Shown here one piece after another: positions 30,486 to 42,578 of a stretch of DNA of 64,000 nt. The DNA is from Dehalococcoidia bacterium. GTDB lineage: Bacteria; Chloroflexota; Dehalococcoidia; Lucifugimonadales; UBA2962. The stretch is taken from positions 1,852,766 to 1,916,765 of the forward strand of contig OZ220697.1 of NCBI GenBank assembly GCA_965116605.1, given 5' to 3'. The notes under the pieces were generated by a model, which was given only the letters and a program-made list of their open reading frames with translations, made no database searches and was not told the origin of the DNA. The stretch's first letter is position 1, and every line of letters begins with the position of its first letter. Made by a program: the position numbers and the translations under genes.

Positions 30486-31739
30486 CTACCTCCTTCCGGC
30501 GAGGGGGAACTGCCTGCTGCCGTAGTTCTTGGCAGCGACGCCATGCACCCTCAGGAATCCCTCGGCATCCAGGTGGTCGTAGTCCCCCTCCGCCTCCATG
30601 GACGAGTCATCGGTGTAAAGGGAGTGGGCCACGTCGCCGGCAGACTCGAATGAGACGGCTCCCTTGTACAGCCCCACCGTGATCTCTCCCGTGGCCAGTC
30701 GCGTCATCGGCTCCAGGGCGGCGAGCGCAGAGGTCGTCGCCACGTCGAACCAGTACCCTTCGTATATCTGGGTCGAGATCGTGGCCGACAGATGCTCGTA
30801 CAGAAGGCGCGCCCGCCGGTCCAGGACCATCTGGAGAAGATACTCGTAGCAGCGGCCCAGAAGCTCCATCCCCGGCGATTCGTAGATGCCCCTGGACTTG
30901 ACTCCGACGAACCGGTTCTCCACGGTGTGAATTCCGATGCCCACCCCGTGCCGGCCACCCAGGTTGTTGGCCTGGGCGATTATCTCGGCAAGGCCCATCC
31001 TCCTGCCGCCTATGGCCACCGGCCTGCCTTCCTCCCAGCGGACGCGGACCGACTCGGCGACATCCGGCGCGCTCGAGGCGAACACGCCCATGCCCGGCTC
31101 GACAAAGGTCGGGGGAATGGACACGTCCTCCAGGTCCCCCGCCTCGTGGGTGAGCCCCAGGAAGTTGGCGTCCGTCGAGTACCGCGACTCGCTCCTCGGC
31201 CTTATCGGCAGGGCGTTCTCCTCGCAGTAGTCGAGCATCTGCCGCCTACCCGGGAAGGCCTCGACGAACTCGGGATCGCGCCATGGAGCGTAGACCTGCA
31301 AACCTGGCGCCAGCATGTTTGCGCCGATCTGAAAGCGCACCTGGTCGTTGCCCCGGCCGGTCGCCCCGTGGAACAGGACGCCGATGTCCCTTTCCCTGAG
31401 CTCCGGCACGATGGCGGCGACGGTGACCGGTCGGGCAATCCCCGTGGTGTTCCAGTACCCCCCTTCATACCGCGCCTGGGCCTGCAACACCTTGAGCCCG
31501 GCCTCCGCCAGGGCCTCCCTACCGTCGATCACGTCGGCCCTGGACGCCCCGCAGGCCAGCATTCGATCCGCCACGGCGGATAGATGCTCCTCGTCCGGCT
31601 GTCCCAGATCGACCGTAAAGGCCTGCACGTCAACGCCACGCTCGCTCAGCCAGTGGGTTACGGTGCAGCTGTCCAGACCGCCAGAGACCGCTCCTCCAAA
31701 GACCGTGATCCCGCGGTCGGCCAGTTCCCTCCAGTTCAT
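30486..31739 (-). CDS. argG: Argininosuccinate synthase
   Basis: FGGAVSGGLDS (PP-loop), HGATGRGNDQVRF, and length of about 417 aa. Confidence 0.9.
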   Translation of the reverse strand: MNWRELADRGITVFGGAVSGGLDSCTVTHWLSERGVDVQAFTVDLGQPDEEHLSAVADRMLACGASRADVIDGREALAEAGLKVLQAQARYEGGYWNTTGIARPVTVAAIVPELRERDIGVLFHGATGRGNDQVRFQIGANMLAPGLQVYAPWRDPEFVEAFPGRRQMLDYCEENALPIRPRSESRYSTDANFLGLTHEAGDLEDVSIPPTFVEPGMGVFASSAPDVAESVRVRWEEGRPVAIGGRRMGLAEIIAQANNLGGRHGVGIGIHTVENRFVGVKSRGIYESPGMELLGRCYEYLLQMVLDRRARLLYEHLSATISTQIYEGYWFDVATTSALAALEPMTRLATGEITVGLYKGAVSFESAGDVAHSLYTDDSSMEAEGDYDHLDAEGFLRVHGVAAKNYGSRQFPLAGRR

Positions 31740-31745
31740 TGCATC

Positions 31746-32933
31746 TCAGGCCTTCGACGCGTCGAGCGCCCGCTCGAACCTGTCGACCGCCTCGTCGACC
31801 TCCTCCCTGGTCACGGTCAGGGGAGGAAGCCACCGGACCAGGTTGGGCCGGGTCACGTTCAGCAGCAGGCCCTCCTCGTTGCAGGACGGCAGCAGGGCGG
31901 CTGCGATGTCGGCCGAGAACTCTACGCCGACCAGGCAGCCCATGCCCCTGACATTGGAGATTATCTCGTGCTTGGAACGCAGCCCATCGAGCCTGGACAT
32001 CAGGTAGCTGCCCACCTCAGCCGCGTTCTCTGAAACGTTGTTGTCGATCAGGTAGCGGGTCGAGGCGTTGGCGGCGGCGCATGTAAGGGCGTTGCCTCCA
32101 AATGTCGAACCGTGATCGCCCGGCTCGAGAACATCGGCCCGCTCGTTGCAAAGAAATGCGCCGATGGGCACACCGCCACCCAGCCCCTTGGCCAGCGTTA
32201 CGACGTCGGGCGCTACATCGAAGGCCTCGTATCCAAACAGCTTGCCCAGCCTGCCCAGCCCGGTTGTTACCTCGTCCAGGATCAGCAAAAGGTCCTTCTC
32301 ATCGCACCAGGCCCGCACCCCGCTGAGGTAGTCCTGCTCGGGTATATTGACGCCTCCCTCACTCTGGACGGGCTCCAGCATCACGGCGACCGTGTCTTCG
32401 CCTGTGGCCGCCTTGATCTGGTCAAGGTCCCCAAAATCCACGTGCACGAATCCAACCGGCACCGGCGCCCACGCCTCCTGGTACTTTGGCTGAGCGGTCG
32501 CCGCCACCATGTTCATCGTTCGCCCGTGGAAAGAGTTATATGCCGTGATTATCTCTCCCGGGCCGTTCTTGTTTACACGACCCCACTTTCGCGCCAGCTT
32601 GACCGCGCCCTCGTTCGCCTCGGCCCCGCTGTTGCAGAAAAAGACCTTGTCCAGGACGCTGTTCTCTATCAGCACCTCGGCCAGCTCAAGCTGCGGAACG
32701 GTGAAGAACTGGTTCGAGGTCTGAAGCAGGGTACGCGCCTGGGAGGCAATCGCCTCAGCCATGGCACTGTTGGCGTGGCCGACGTTGTTGACCGCCCAGC
32801 CTGCAGTAAAGTCAAGATATTCCTTGCCCTGATCGTCCCACACGCGTGTCCCCTCCCCGCGCACGATCACCACGGGCTGCCTGTTGACGACATGCATGTA
32901 GTACCTGGACTCCATGGCCCTGTAGTCGGTCAT
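31746..32933 (-). CDS. argD: Acetylornithine aminotransferase (class III PLP aminotransferase)
   Basis: GEGTRVWDDQGKEYLDFTAGWAVNNVGH, DEVTTGLGRLG, and TLAKGLGGG. The ATG at 32933 has GGAG upstream. Confidence 0.85.
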   Translation of the reverse strand: MTDYRAMESRYYMHVVNRQPVVIVRGEGTRVWDDQGKEYLDFTAGWAVNNVGHANSAMAEAIASQARTLLQTSNQFFTVPQLELAEVLIENSVLDKVFFCNSGAEANEGAVKLARKWGRVNKNGPGEIITAYNSFHGRTMNMVAATAQPKYQEAWAPVPVGFVHVDFGDLDQIKAATGEDTVAVMLEPVQSEGGVNIPEQDYLSGVRAWCDEKDLLLILDEVTTGLGRLGKLFGYEAFDVAPDVVTLAKGLGGGVPIGAFLCNERADVLEPGDHGSTFGGNALTCAAANASTRYLIDNNVSENAAEVGSYLMSRLDGLRSKHEIISNVRGMGCLVGVEFSADIAAALLPSCNEEGLLLNVTRPNLVRWLPPLTVTREEVDEAVDRFERALDASKA

Positions 32934-33035
32934 TTGTTCACACTCCAGATCGCAATTTGAACGCAAGTATATTCCCGCACGGTTACGTGGGTGTCGATTC
33001 CCCGCCGCGCGGTTCGCACCGGCAGGGGGGCGGAC

Positions 33036-33932
33036 CTAGCCTACACGGGTGCCGATTGAGCGTCGGCCCTGTCGATCGCCTTCGGTCCAGGCGCTGTCGA
33101 GCAGCACGTGCGGTATCCGGCCGTCGACGATGTGGGCCGTGGACACGGTCCTGAGGGCCGCAAGGCAGGCCTCGAGCTTGGGGATCATGCCCCCGGCTAC
33201 GATGCGCGAGTCCATCAGTCCCCTGGCCTGCCTCTCCGTCAGCCTGGGTATCAGCCGCCTGGAGGAATCGAGTACGCCCGGCACGTCGGTCAGCATGATG
33301 AGCCGGTCGGCCCCGAGCGCGGCGGCGATCGCTCCGGCCGCAAGGTCCGCGTTGACGTTCAGCATGCCTGGCCCGGAATCACCCGCGTTGAGCGCAACTG
33401 GAGCTACGACCGGGATGAGGCCGGCCGAGGCGAGATCGACGACGGTAGATGGGTCGACGGCGATCACCCTGCCTACGTGCCCCAGCTCGGGCGCGTCGTT
33501 TTCGGCACGCAGGATGCCACCGTCGACACCCGAAAGGCCGACGGCCCTTCCCCCGAGCGAGAGGATGTCTCCCACAATGGACTTATTGACCAGGCCCGTC
33601 AGGACCGCCACCACGACGTCCAGAGTCCGTTCGTCGGTAACCCTGAGCCCACGTATGAACCTGGGCCTGATCCCCTGCCGCTCAAGCCACTCGGTGATTA
33701 CCTTGCCGCCGCCGTGCACGATCACCGTCCTGACCCCCCGCCGCTGAAGGTCCACTATGTCGGCAAGGGTGGTGTCATTGGTCCCCAGCGTACTTCCGCC
33801 AATCTTAACGACCACCATGGGGCCGGACCCCGATCCAGCCTTCGGACCTGACCTGACGGGATCGGCGCCGGCGTGCACGTGCGCGTCGTCGGAGGCTCCG
33901 GAGGAGAGAGAAAGTGACAACCTGTGCTGCAT
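33036..33932 (-). CDS. argB: Acetylglutamate kinase (alternative start at the ATG at 33818, MVVVKIGGS)
   Basis: VVKIGGSTLG, VIVHGGG, and NVNAD. The ATG at 33932 sits in TGAGATG, directly after the argJ stop. Confidence 0.85.
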   Translation of the reverse strand: MQHRLSLSLSSGASDDAHVHAGADPVRSGPKAGSGSGPMVVVKIGGSTLGTNDTTLADIVDLQRRGVRTVIVHGGGKVITEWLERQGIRPRFIRGLRVTDERTLDVVVAVLTGLVNKSIVGDILSLGGRAVGLSGVDGGILRAENDAPELGHVGRVIAVDPSTVVDLASAGLIPVVAPVALNAGDSGPGMLNVNADLAAGAIAAALGADRLIMLTDVPGVLDSSRRLIPRLTERQARGLMDSRIVAGGMIPKLEACLAALRTVSTAHIVDGRIPHVLLDSAWTEGDRQGRRSIGTRVG

Positions 33933-33933
33933 C

Positions 33934-35160
33934 TCAGGTCGTGTACGCCGAGTTGAAGATCACGTACTCCTCGGTCAGGTCGCAGCCCCAGGCCCTCGCG
34001 GTCTCATCACCCAGGTTGAGGTCAATGCCCAGCTGCACTTCCGGGGCGCCCATCGCGCTGACCACCGCATCCTTGAAGAACGAGATAGCCATGCCCTGAT
34101 GCACGATCTGTATCTCGTTTATGAACATGTCGATCCTGGACTCGTCTATGGCTGCGCCGCTCTTTCCCAGGGCCATCATCATCCTGCCCCAGTTGGGATC
34201 CCTGCCGTGAAGCATCGCCTTTACGAGCATCGAGCCGGCGATCTCCCTGGCCGCCAGGCGCGCATCCTTCAGGGAGCCCGCCCCCCGCACTACTACCTCC
34301 ATCAGCCGCTGCGCCCCCTCGGCATCCCGGACCAGCTCCTTGGCCAGCTCCGTGCAAACGTGACCCAGCGCGGCCCTGAAGTCATCTGCATCCGCAGTCC
34401 CTTCCGCGATCTCCGGGCCCCCCGCCACCCCGTTGGCCATGAGCAGCACCGTGTCGTTGGTGCTCTGGTCGCCGTCAACGTCGATCATGTTGAAGGAGGC
34501 ATCCACCGCGGCCCCGAGCGACTCCTGCAGGAACGCCTGCTGCACCGGGGCATCCGTGGACACAAAGCAGAGCATGGTCGCCATGTTGGGGTGGATCATA
34601 CCGACGCCCTTGGCCGCGCCCCCCACGGTTATCCTCCGCCCGCCGGAACCGCCCGACTCAAATGACACGGCGATCTCCTTGGATCGCGTGTCCGTCGTCA
34701 TTATTGCCCGCGCAAAATCCCCGCCGCCGCCCGCGCCAAGTTCAATGTTGCCGATGTTCTGGCGGATCAGCGCCATTGGCAATTCGACGCCGATCACGCC
34801 GGTGCTGCACACCATCACCTGACCGGCATCGACGCCGACGTGACCGGCGGCCAGGGCGGCCATCTCGGTCGCGTCGGCCAACCCCTGCTCTCCAACGCAG
34901 CAGTTTGCACAGCCGCTGTTAGCAACCACCGCTCGGGCCCTCCCGGACTTCGCCCGCGACCTGCTCAGGGTCACCGACGGAGAAACGACGGAATTGGTGG
35001 TGAAGGTCGCAGCAAGGGCGGCGGGCCGCTCCGAAAAGAGTATGCCGAGATCGAGCACCCCCTCTTCCGGCGTCTTGAGGCCGGCATAGGTTCCGCCCGC
35101 AAGAAAGCCCATTGCGGAGGTCACTCCACCTCCCGGTATCAACTTAATTGTCGCCGTCAC
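33934..35160 (-). CDS. argJ: Bifunctional glutamate N-acetyltransferase / amino-acid acetyltransferase
   Basis: GFLAGG..AGLK, autoproteolytic site region ATMLCFVSTDA, and C-terminal NSAYTT. Confidence 0.9.
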   Translation of the reverse strand: MTATIKLIPGGGVTSAMGFLAGGTYAGLKTPEEGVLDLGILFSERPAALAATFTTNSVVSPSVTLSRSRAKSGRARAVVANSGCANCCVGEQGLADATEMAALAAGHVGVDAGQVMVCSTGVIGVELPMALIRQNIGNIELGAGGGGDFARAIMTTDTRSKEIAVSFESGGSGGRRITVGGAAKGVGMIHPNMATMLCFVSTDAPVQQAFLQESLGAAVDASFNMIDVDGDQSTNDTVLLMANGVAGGPEIAEGTADADDFRAALGHVCTELAKELVRDAEGAQRLMEVVVRGAGSLKDARLAAREIAGSMLVKAMLHGRDPNWGRMMMALGKSGAAIDESRIDMFINEIQIVHQGMAISFFKDAVVSAMGAPEVQLGIDLNLGDETARAWGCDLTEEYVIFNSAYTT

Positions 35161-35323
35161 ACAAGGGTCTCCAATTTGGCCTAAAGCAGTCTACATCCAC
35201 ACGGACGCAAAGACCGAGTATAGCATAGCGGGTCGCAGATCGAATACTCTGAGGCCGAGCCTGTTGGCGCGAAATCAGGACGGTGGCATGGCGAGCGGCT
35301 CGAGCGAGCGCACCCCGGTCTGC

Positions 35324-36469
35324 TCAGGGCAGGTCGACTTCGTAGAGCGCGGCGGCGTTGCGATAGGACACGTTGCGTGCCACCGACTCGGCCTGGACAG
35401 TCGACAGGCCGTCGGCCAACCACCCGTCTAGCACCCTGCCCAGGGCACGCCGATGCACGACGCCGGCCAGCCAGAAAAAGTCCGGGAGGCCCGGCGCATC
35501 TGATCCGTACAGGACCTTCGTTGAGGGGGCTATGCTCAGAGCGTCCTCGTAGACCCTGTAAGCGTAGTGACCCGACACGGGCACGGTGTAGGAAAGATCG
35601 AAATAGGCGTTGCCGTAGACGTGTGCCAGGTAGGCCGCCTCCCGGATGAAGGGAAAGCAGTGCAGCATCACGATGGGGGCGCCGCCAAAGGCGGCATCCT
35701 CGAGCACCGGACGCAGCTGAAGCGGATTCGCGGCGATCATGTCGGCGTCGGTGTCTCCGAACGCGGTGTGGAACTGCACCGGTATTCCCTGCTCCGACGC
35801 CATCTTGAGCGCGATGAGCGTCAGGTAGTCCTCCAGCGGCTTGTTCTCGATCCGGTAGCTCCCTCCCTTTGCCTCGTGGGCCCTCTTGTCCTCCTCGAAC
35901 GCCGCGGCGGCCCGGTGGCGGGAGGTGGGCTGGATTGCAAGCCCGCTTCTATATGCCGATACGCTCTTCAGGCCGTACACCCTCTTCGAACGCAGATCGG
36001 AGAGCTCGCCGGTCAGGCTGTCGACGACCTGACCGAGACTGTCCGAACTGGTAACGAGGCGCTCGAAGATCAGTTCAAGGCGCCAGACCCGCCGCATCTG
36101 GCAGCCGGTGCCGGACAGCACGGCCTCCGTCTCGTCATAGCTCAGGGCCGCATCCACCGGGAAGCCGTGGTCCATGATCACGGCACCGGTGTTGCTGCGG
36201 TCGAGCGCCAGGCGGGTTATCCCCTCGAGCCCGAGTTCTGAACGCGCCGACAGAATCTCGTCCTCCGGGCTTTCGGATGGGATGCCCAGTAGCTCGGTCA
36301 TCAGGCGAAGCGACGCCATGTAGCCGGCTGCGTGCTGGACGTGTCCGGCCATCATCGCCGGATCAGAGCTCTCGCTGTAGTAGCTGCGGTATGCCTCCGG
36401 CCCCAGGTCCTGCTCCCTGTGCATGGGATGGCAGTGGTTGTCGATCAGGGGTAATTCGTCGAGTCTCAT
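35324..36469 (-). CDS. Amidohydrolase-2 (ACMSD/metal-dependent hydrolase) family protein
   Basis: The N-terminus PLIDNHCHP is an HxH metal motif. The TIM-barrel length fits. Its ATG overlaps the upstream stop (ATGA). Confidence 0.7.
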   Translation of the reverse strand: MRLDELPLIDNHCHPMHREQDLGPEAYRSYYSESSDPAMMAGHVQHAAGYMASLRLMTELLGIPSESPEDEILSARSELGLEGITRLALDRSNTGAVIMDHGFPVDAALSYDETEAVLSGTGCQMRRVWRLELIFERLVTSSDSLGQVVDSLTGELSDLRSKRVYGLKSVSAYRSGLAIQPTSRHRAAAAFEEDKRAHEAKGGSYRIENKPLEDYLTLIALKMASEQGIPVQFHTAFGDTDADMIAANPLQLRPVLEDAAFGGAPIVMLHCFPFIREAAYLAHVYGNAYFDLSYTVPVSGHYAYRVYEDALSIAPSTKVLYGSDAPGLPDFFWLAGVVHRRALGRVLDGWLADGLSTVQAESVARNVSYRNAAALYEVDLP

Positions 36470-37500
36470 GTTCCTTTCGCCTTGTCTCCAGCATCGCCCG
36501 GCCCCGATGGCGTGGGAGCAGAGTCCGGGATGAGGCCCTCCGACTTCAGCTCCGACCACAGATCCGCCGGTATGGGAAGATCCACCATCTCTGCGTTCTC
36601 GATCGCCTCCCGGCGGCTGCGCGCGCCGGGCACCGTCGCCGCGACAGCCGGATGGGCCGTGCCGAACTGGAGCGCTGCCGCCTTGAGGGGCACCCCATGC
36701 CGGTCACACACGGCCTTTATCCTCCGCGCACGCCCGAGGACGTCCGCCGGTGCGTCTTCGTAGCCGTACTTGGCGCCGGGGGCCAGCTCATCGCCCAGCC
36801 CGGCGGCCAGGATTCCGCTGTTGTAGGGACCGGCAAGGGTGAGGAAGACGCCTGCTTCCTGGCACATTGGGAGCAGGTCGTCGAGGGCGGAGGTTTCAAG
36901 GAGCGTGTACCTGCCGGCGAGCATGAACAGGTCGAACTCGGCGCCAATCCGGAGGAACTCGACCAGCGGGCCGACGAAGTCGATCCCCACGCCGACGGCC
37001 CTGACGGCGCCCTCGTCCTTCAGCTCGCGCACGACCGGGTACGCGGTGGTCAGCACTTCGTCGTATGACTCGGGGAACATGTGGATGTAGAGAACATCCA
37101 CCCGGTCCAGCTTGAGCCTTTCCAGGCTGTCTTCCAGAGAACGGAGGACTCCGTCTCGGCTGAAGTCCCAGTGGAAGGTGTTGGGCGCGGGATTGAGGAA
37201 GAACTTGTCCTCCCTGGCCACGGCCGGATCGATCGGGTCCAGAACCCGACCTATCTTGGTGGAGACCACGTAGCGGTCCGGGGGCACATCGGAAAGGGCG
37301 GTGGAAAGGTACATCTCCGCCCGGCCGTATCCGTACAGAGGGGCGGTATCAATGTAGTTGCACCCCGCCTCCAGCGCCGCGTGCACCGCGCCGACGGCCA
37401 TCTCCTCGGTGACCACGGAATACAGACCGCCATGCGGCGCGGTCCCTATCCCCAGCTCGGTCAGCTCCACGCCCGTATCGCCTATCGCGGTGGTCCGCAT
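36466..37500 (-). CDS. Aldo/keto reductase
   Basis: LGIGTAP...ALEAGCNYIDTAPLYGYG..E, VSTK, and IHMFP. Confidence 0.85.
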   Translation of the reverse strand: MRTTAIGDTGVELTELGIGTAPHGGLYSVVTEEMAVGAVHAALEAGCNYIDTAPLYGYGRAEMYLSTALSDVPPDRYVVSTKIGRVLDPIDPAVAREDKFFLNPAPNTFHWDFSRDGVLRSLEDSLERLKLDRVDVLYIHMFPESYDEVLTTAYPVVRELKDEGAVRAVGVGIDFVGPLVEFLRIGAEFDLFMLAGRYTLLETSALDDLLPMCQEAGVFLTLAGPYNSGILAAGLGDELAPGAKYGYEDAPADVLGRARRIKAVCDRHGVPLKAAALQFGTAHPAVAATVPGARSRREAIENAEMVDLPIPADLWSELKSEGLIPDSAPTPSGPGDAGDKAKGT

Positions 37501-38897
37501 CAGTCCGCGTCCATCCCGGGTGGATGCAAGAGATGCCAGTCAGTCGCCTTCTGATAGGCATCGGCCAGAGCTATTATCGAGTGCTCGTCAAAGTGGCGTC
37601 CTATGAGCTGCAGGCTGATCGGAAGTCCATCGGTCGACAGGCCACAGGGCACTGAAACTGTGGGGTTCTTCGAGAAGTTAAATGGAATGGAAAAGCGGTA
37701 CCACGGACCCATTCCTTCCCAGAGACCGAACCCATCTTCTCCTACGGGGACAGGGAGGACGGCCAGCGAGGGACATGCGATAACGTCCACTCGCTCGTAG
37801 ACGCGGCGAAGCAGACCGGAAAATCTCCTCCCGCGCTCCCTTGCCATCGCGTAGTCTTCCGGTCTCGTCGCCCTTGCGCGCTCAAGCAGTTCAGCGAACG
37901 GTCCGTAGTCCTCGGTCCGGTCGGCATAAAGGTCCCGGTGCGCGTGGAGGGCGTCCACGGACGTTATGGTGGTCCAGGTCTCCTCTTCACCCTCCAGGAT
38001 CGGCATCTCGACCTCCACGAGTTCGGCACCGAGCTCGCCGAGGGTATCTATGGCGGCCAGCACCGCTCGGCTCACCTCTGGATCGGAATCGCATTGGATG
38101 TAACACGCGTCCACGCCGATCCTTATCCCACGCACATCACCGCCGACGGCGGCCCGGTAGTTTCCGGCCAGGCCGGGCACCGAGTCCGCGTCGGCATCGT
38201 CGAACCCCGCCATCGCATCGAGCATGATGGCAGCGTCTTCCACGCTTCTGGCCATCGGACCGACGGTGTCGAACGAAGAGGCAAGCGGGAATACCCCGTG
38301 CCTGCTTACGACCCCGAAGGTTGGCTTAATCCCGGTGACCCCGCAGCAGGCGGAAGGAAGGCGAATCGATCCGCCCGTATCGGACCCTATCCCCGCCATC
38401 GCCAGACCGGCCGCCACCGCCACCCCGGTGCCCGAGGAGGACGCCCCCGCCCACCTGTCTTCGGCCCAGGGGTTCTTCGGTATGGGCATCTTCGGGTGAT
38501 ACCAGCCCATCGCGAACTCGGTCATGTTTAGCTTGCCGAGGATCACCGCACCAGCCTCTTCCAGGCGGCGCACCACGGTGGCGTCTCGACCGGGCGTCCA
38601 TTCGTACAGCGCCCTGGACCCGACGGTCGTGCGGGTGCCGGCCATCTCAAGGAGATCCTTTACGGCGATGGGCATTCCGTGGAGCCGCCCCCTGTAGTCG
38701 CCCGATGCGATCTCCCGTTCCGCCCGTCTCGCCCTCTCCAGGGCCCGGTCGCCCTGGACCGAGATGTAGCTGTTCAGCCGCAGGTCGAGCGTATCGATGC
38801 GGGAAAGCAATTCGCGGGTGGCCTCGACTGGCGAGAGCCGGCCGCCCTCGATCAGGGCCGCAGCCTCAGCAAGCGTCTTCATATTGTCGCGGAGCAT
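37500..38897 (-). CDS. Amidase-signature (AS) family amidase
   Basis: HGMPIAVKDL and the AS sequence GASSSGTGVAVAAGLAMAGIGSDTGGSIRLPSACCGVTGIKPT. Confidence 0.85.
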   Translation of the reverse strand: MLRDNMKTLAEAAALIEGGRLSPVEATRELLSRIDTLDLRLNSYISVQGDRALERARRAEREIASGDYRGRLHGMPIAVKDLLEMAGTRTTVGSRALYEWTPGRDATVVRRLEEAGAVILGKLNMTEFAMGWYHPKMPIPKNPWAEDRWAGASSSGTGVAVAAGLAMAGIGSDTGGSIRLPSACCGVTGIKPTFGVVSRHGVFPLASSFDTVGPMARSVEDAAIMLDAMAGFDDADADSVPGLAGNYRAAVGGDVRGIRIGVDACYIQCDSDPEVSRAVLAAIDTLGELGAELVEVEMPILEGEEETWTTITSVDALHAHRDLYADRTEDYGPFAELLERARATRPEDYAMARERGRRFSGLLRRVYERVDVIACPSLAVLPVPVGEDGFGLWEGMGPWYRFSIPFNFSKNPTVSVPCGLSTDGLPISLQLIGRHFDEHSIIALADAYQKATDWHLLHPPGMDAD

Positions 38898-38975
38898 ACG
38901 GCAACCTGCCGAGCGGCGCCACCTCGTCGGAATTGAGCGATGCCCCGCAGCATGTCCCCGGCCAGGGGCAATAGC

Positions 38976-39008
38976 AAAAGGCCCCGGGACTGTATCCCGG
39001 GGCCTTTT
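38976..39008. terminator. Bidirectional intrinsic terminator hairpin downstream of tRNA-fMet
   Basis: AAAAGGCCCCGGGA-CTGTA-TCCCGGGGCCTTTT: a 14-bp perfect stem flanked by A4 and T4, so either strand sees hairpin plus U4. Confidence 0.7.
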
Positions 39009-39018
39009 GACCTTCGAT

Positions 39019-39093
<75 letters not shown>

Positions 39094-39206
39094 CCGCTTA
39101 ACCGAATCCCGTCAACCGCCGCCTCCCGTCCCGACGTCCGGAAGACGCTCCTCCGGGAATGAGCTTCGCCCAGACCCGGAGTCAATTTGCCAAACCAATA
39201 GATGCG

Positions 39207-42343
<3,137 letters not shown>

Positions 42344-42404
42344 CCCATCTATCAGTTAGCAGCATATTAATGCTCGGTTTGACAGGATTCGGTTGTTAAG
42401 GTGC

Positions 42405-42435
42405 AAAAAAAGACGGCTGGGTGCTCCCAGCCGTC
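42405..42435 (-). terminator. Strong intrinsic terminator between the consensus promoter and the 23S 5' end
   Basis: The minus strand reads GACGGCTGGG-AGCA-CCCAGCCGTC followed by TTTTTTT: a 10-bp perfect GC-rich stem, a 4-nt loop and U7. Confidence 0.7.
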
Positions 42436-42499
42436 GTGCTGAGAAGACAGGTTCGTATGTTACGTTCGCGTATCTCGCACCGGTCTCTCCAATCAGGGA

Positions 42500-42528
42500 A
42501 TTATATTTTCAGGCTGCGGGCCAGTCAA
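42500..42528 (-). promoter_or_regulatory. Near-perfect sigma70-type promoter upstream of the 23S rRNA
   Basis: The minus strand reads TTGACT-(17 nt: GGCCCGCAGCCTGAAAA)-TATAAT. The predicted TSS is near 42493. Confidence 0.65.
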
Positions 42529-42578
42529 GGAACATTTGTCCATCCGGCACGGTGCGTATCGGGCCCGCAGCCGGGCAG

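Noticed and set aside
39094-39206. Possible 5S rRNA between the 23S and tRNA-fMet
   Set aside because: The length (113 nt) is suggestive. However, neither strand contains the conserved 5S loop sequences (e.g. CCGAACTCAGAAGTGAAAC or GGTAGTGTGGGG), and the ends do not form a helix-I pairing.
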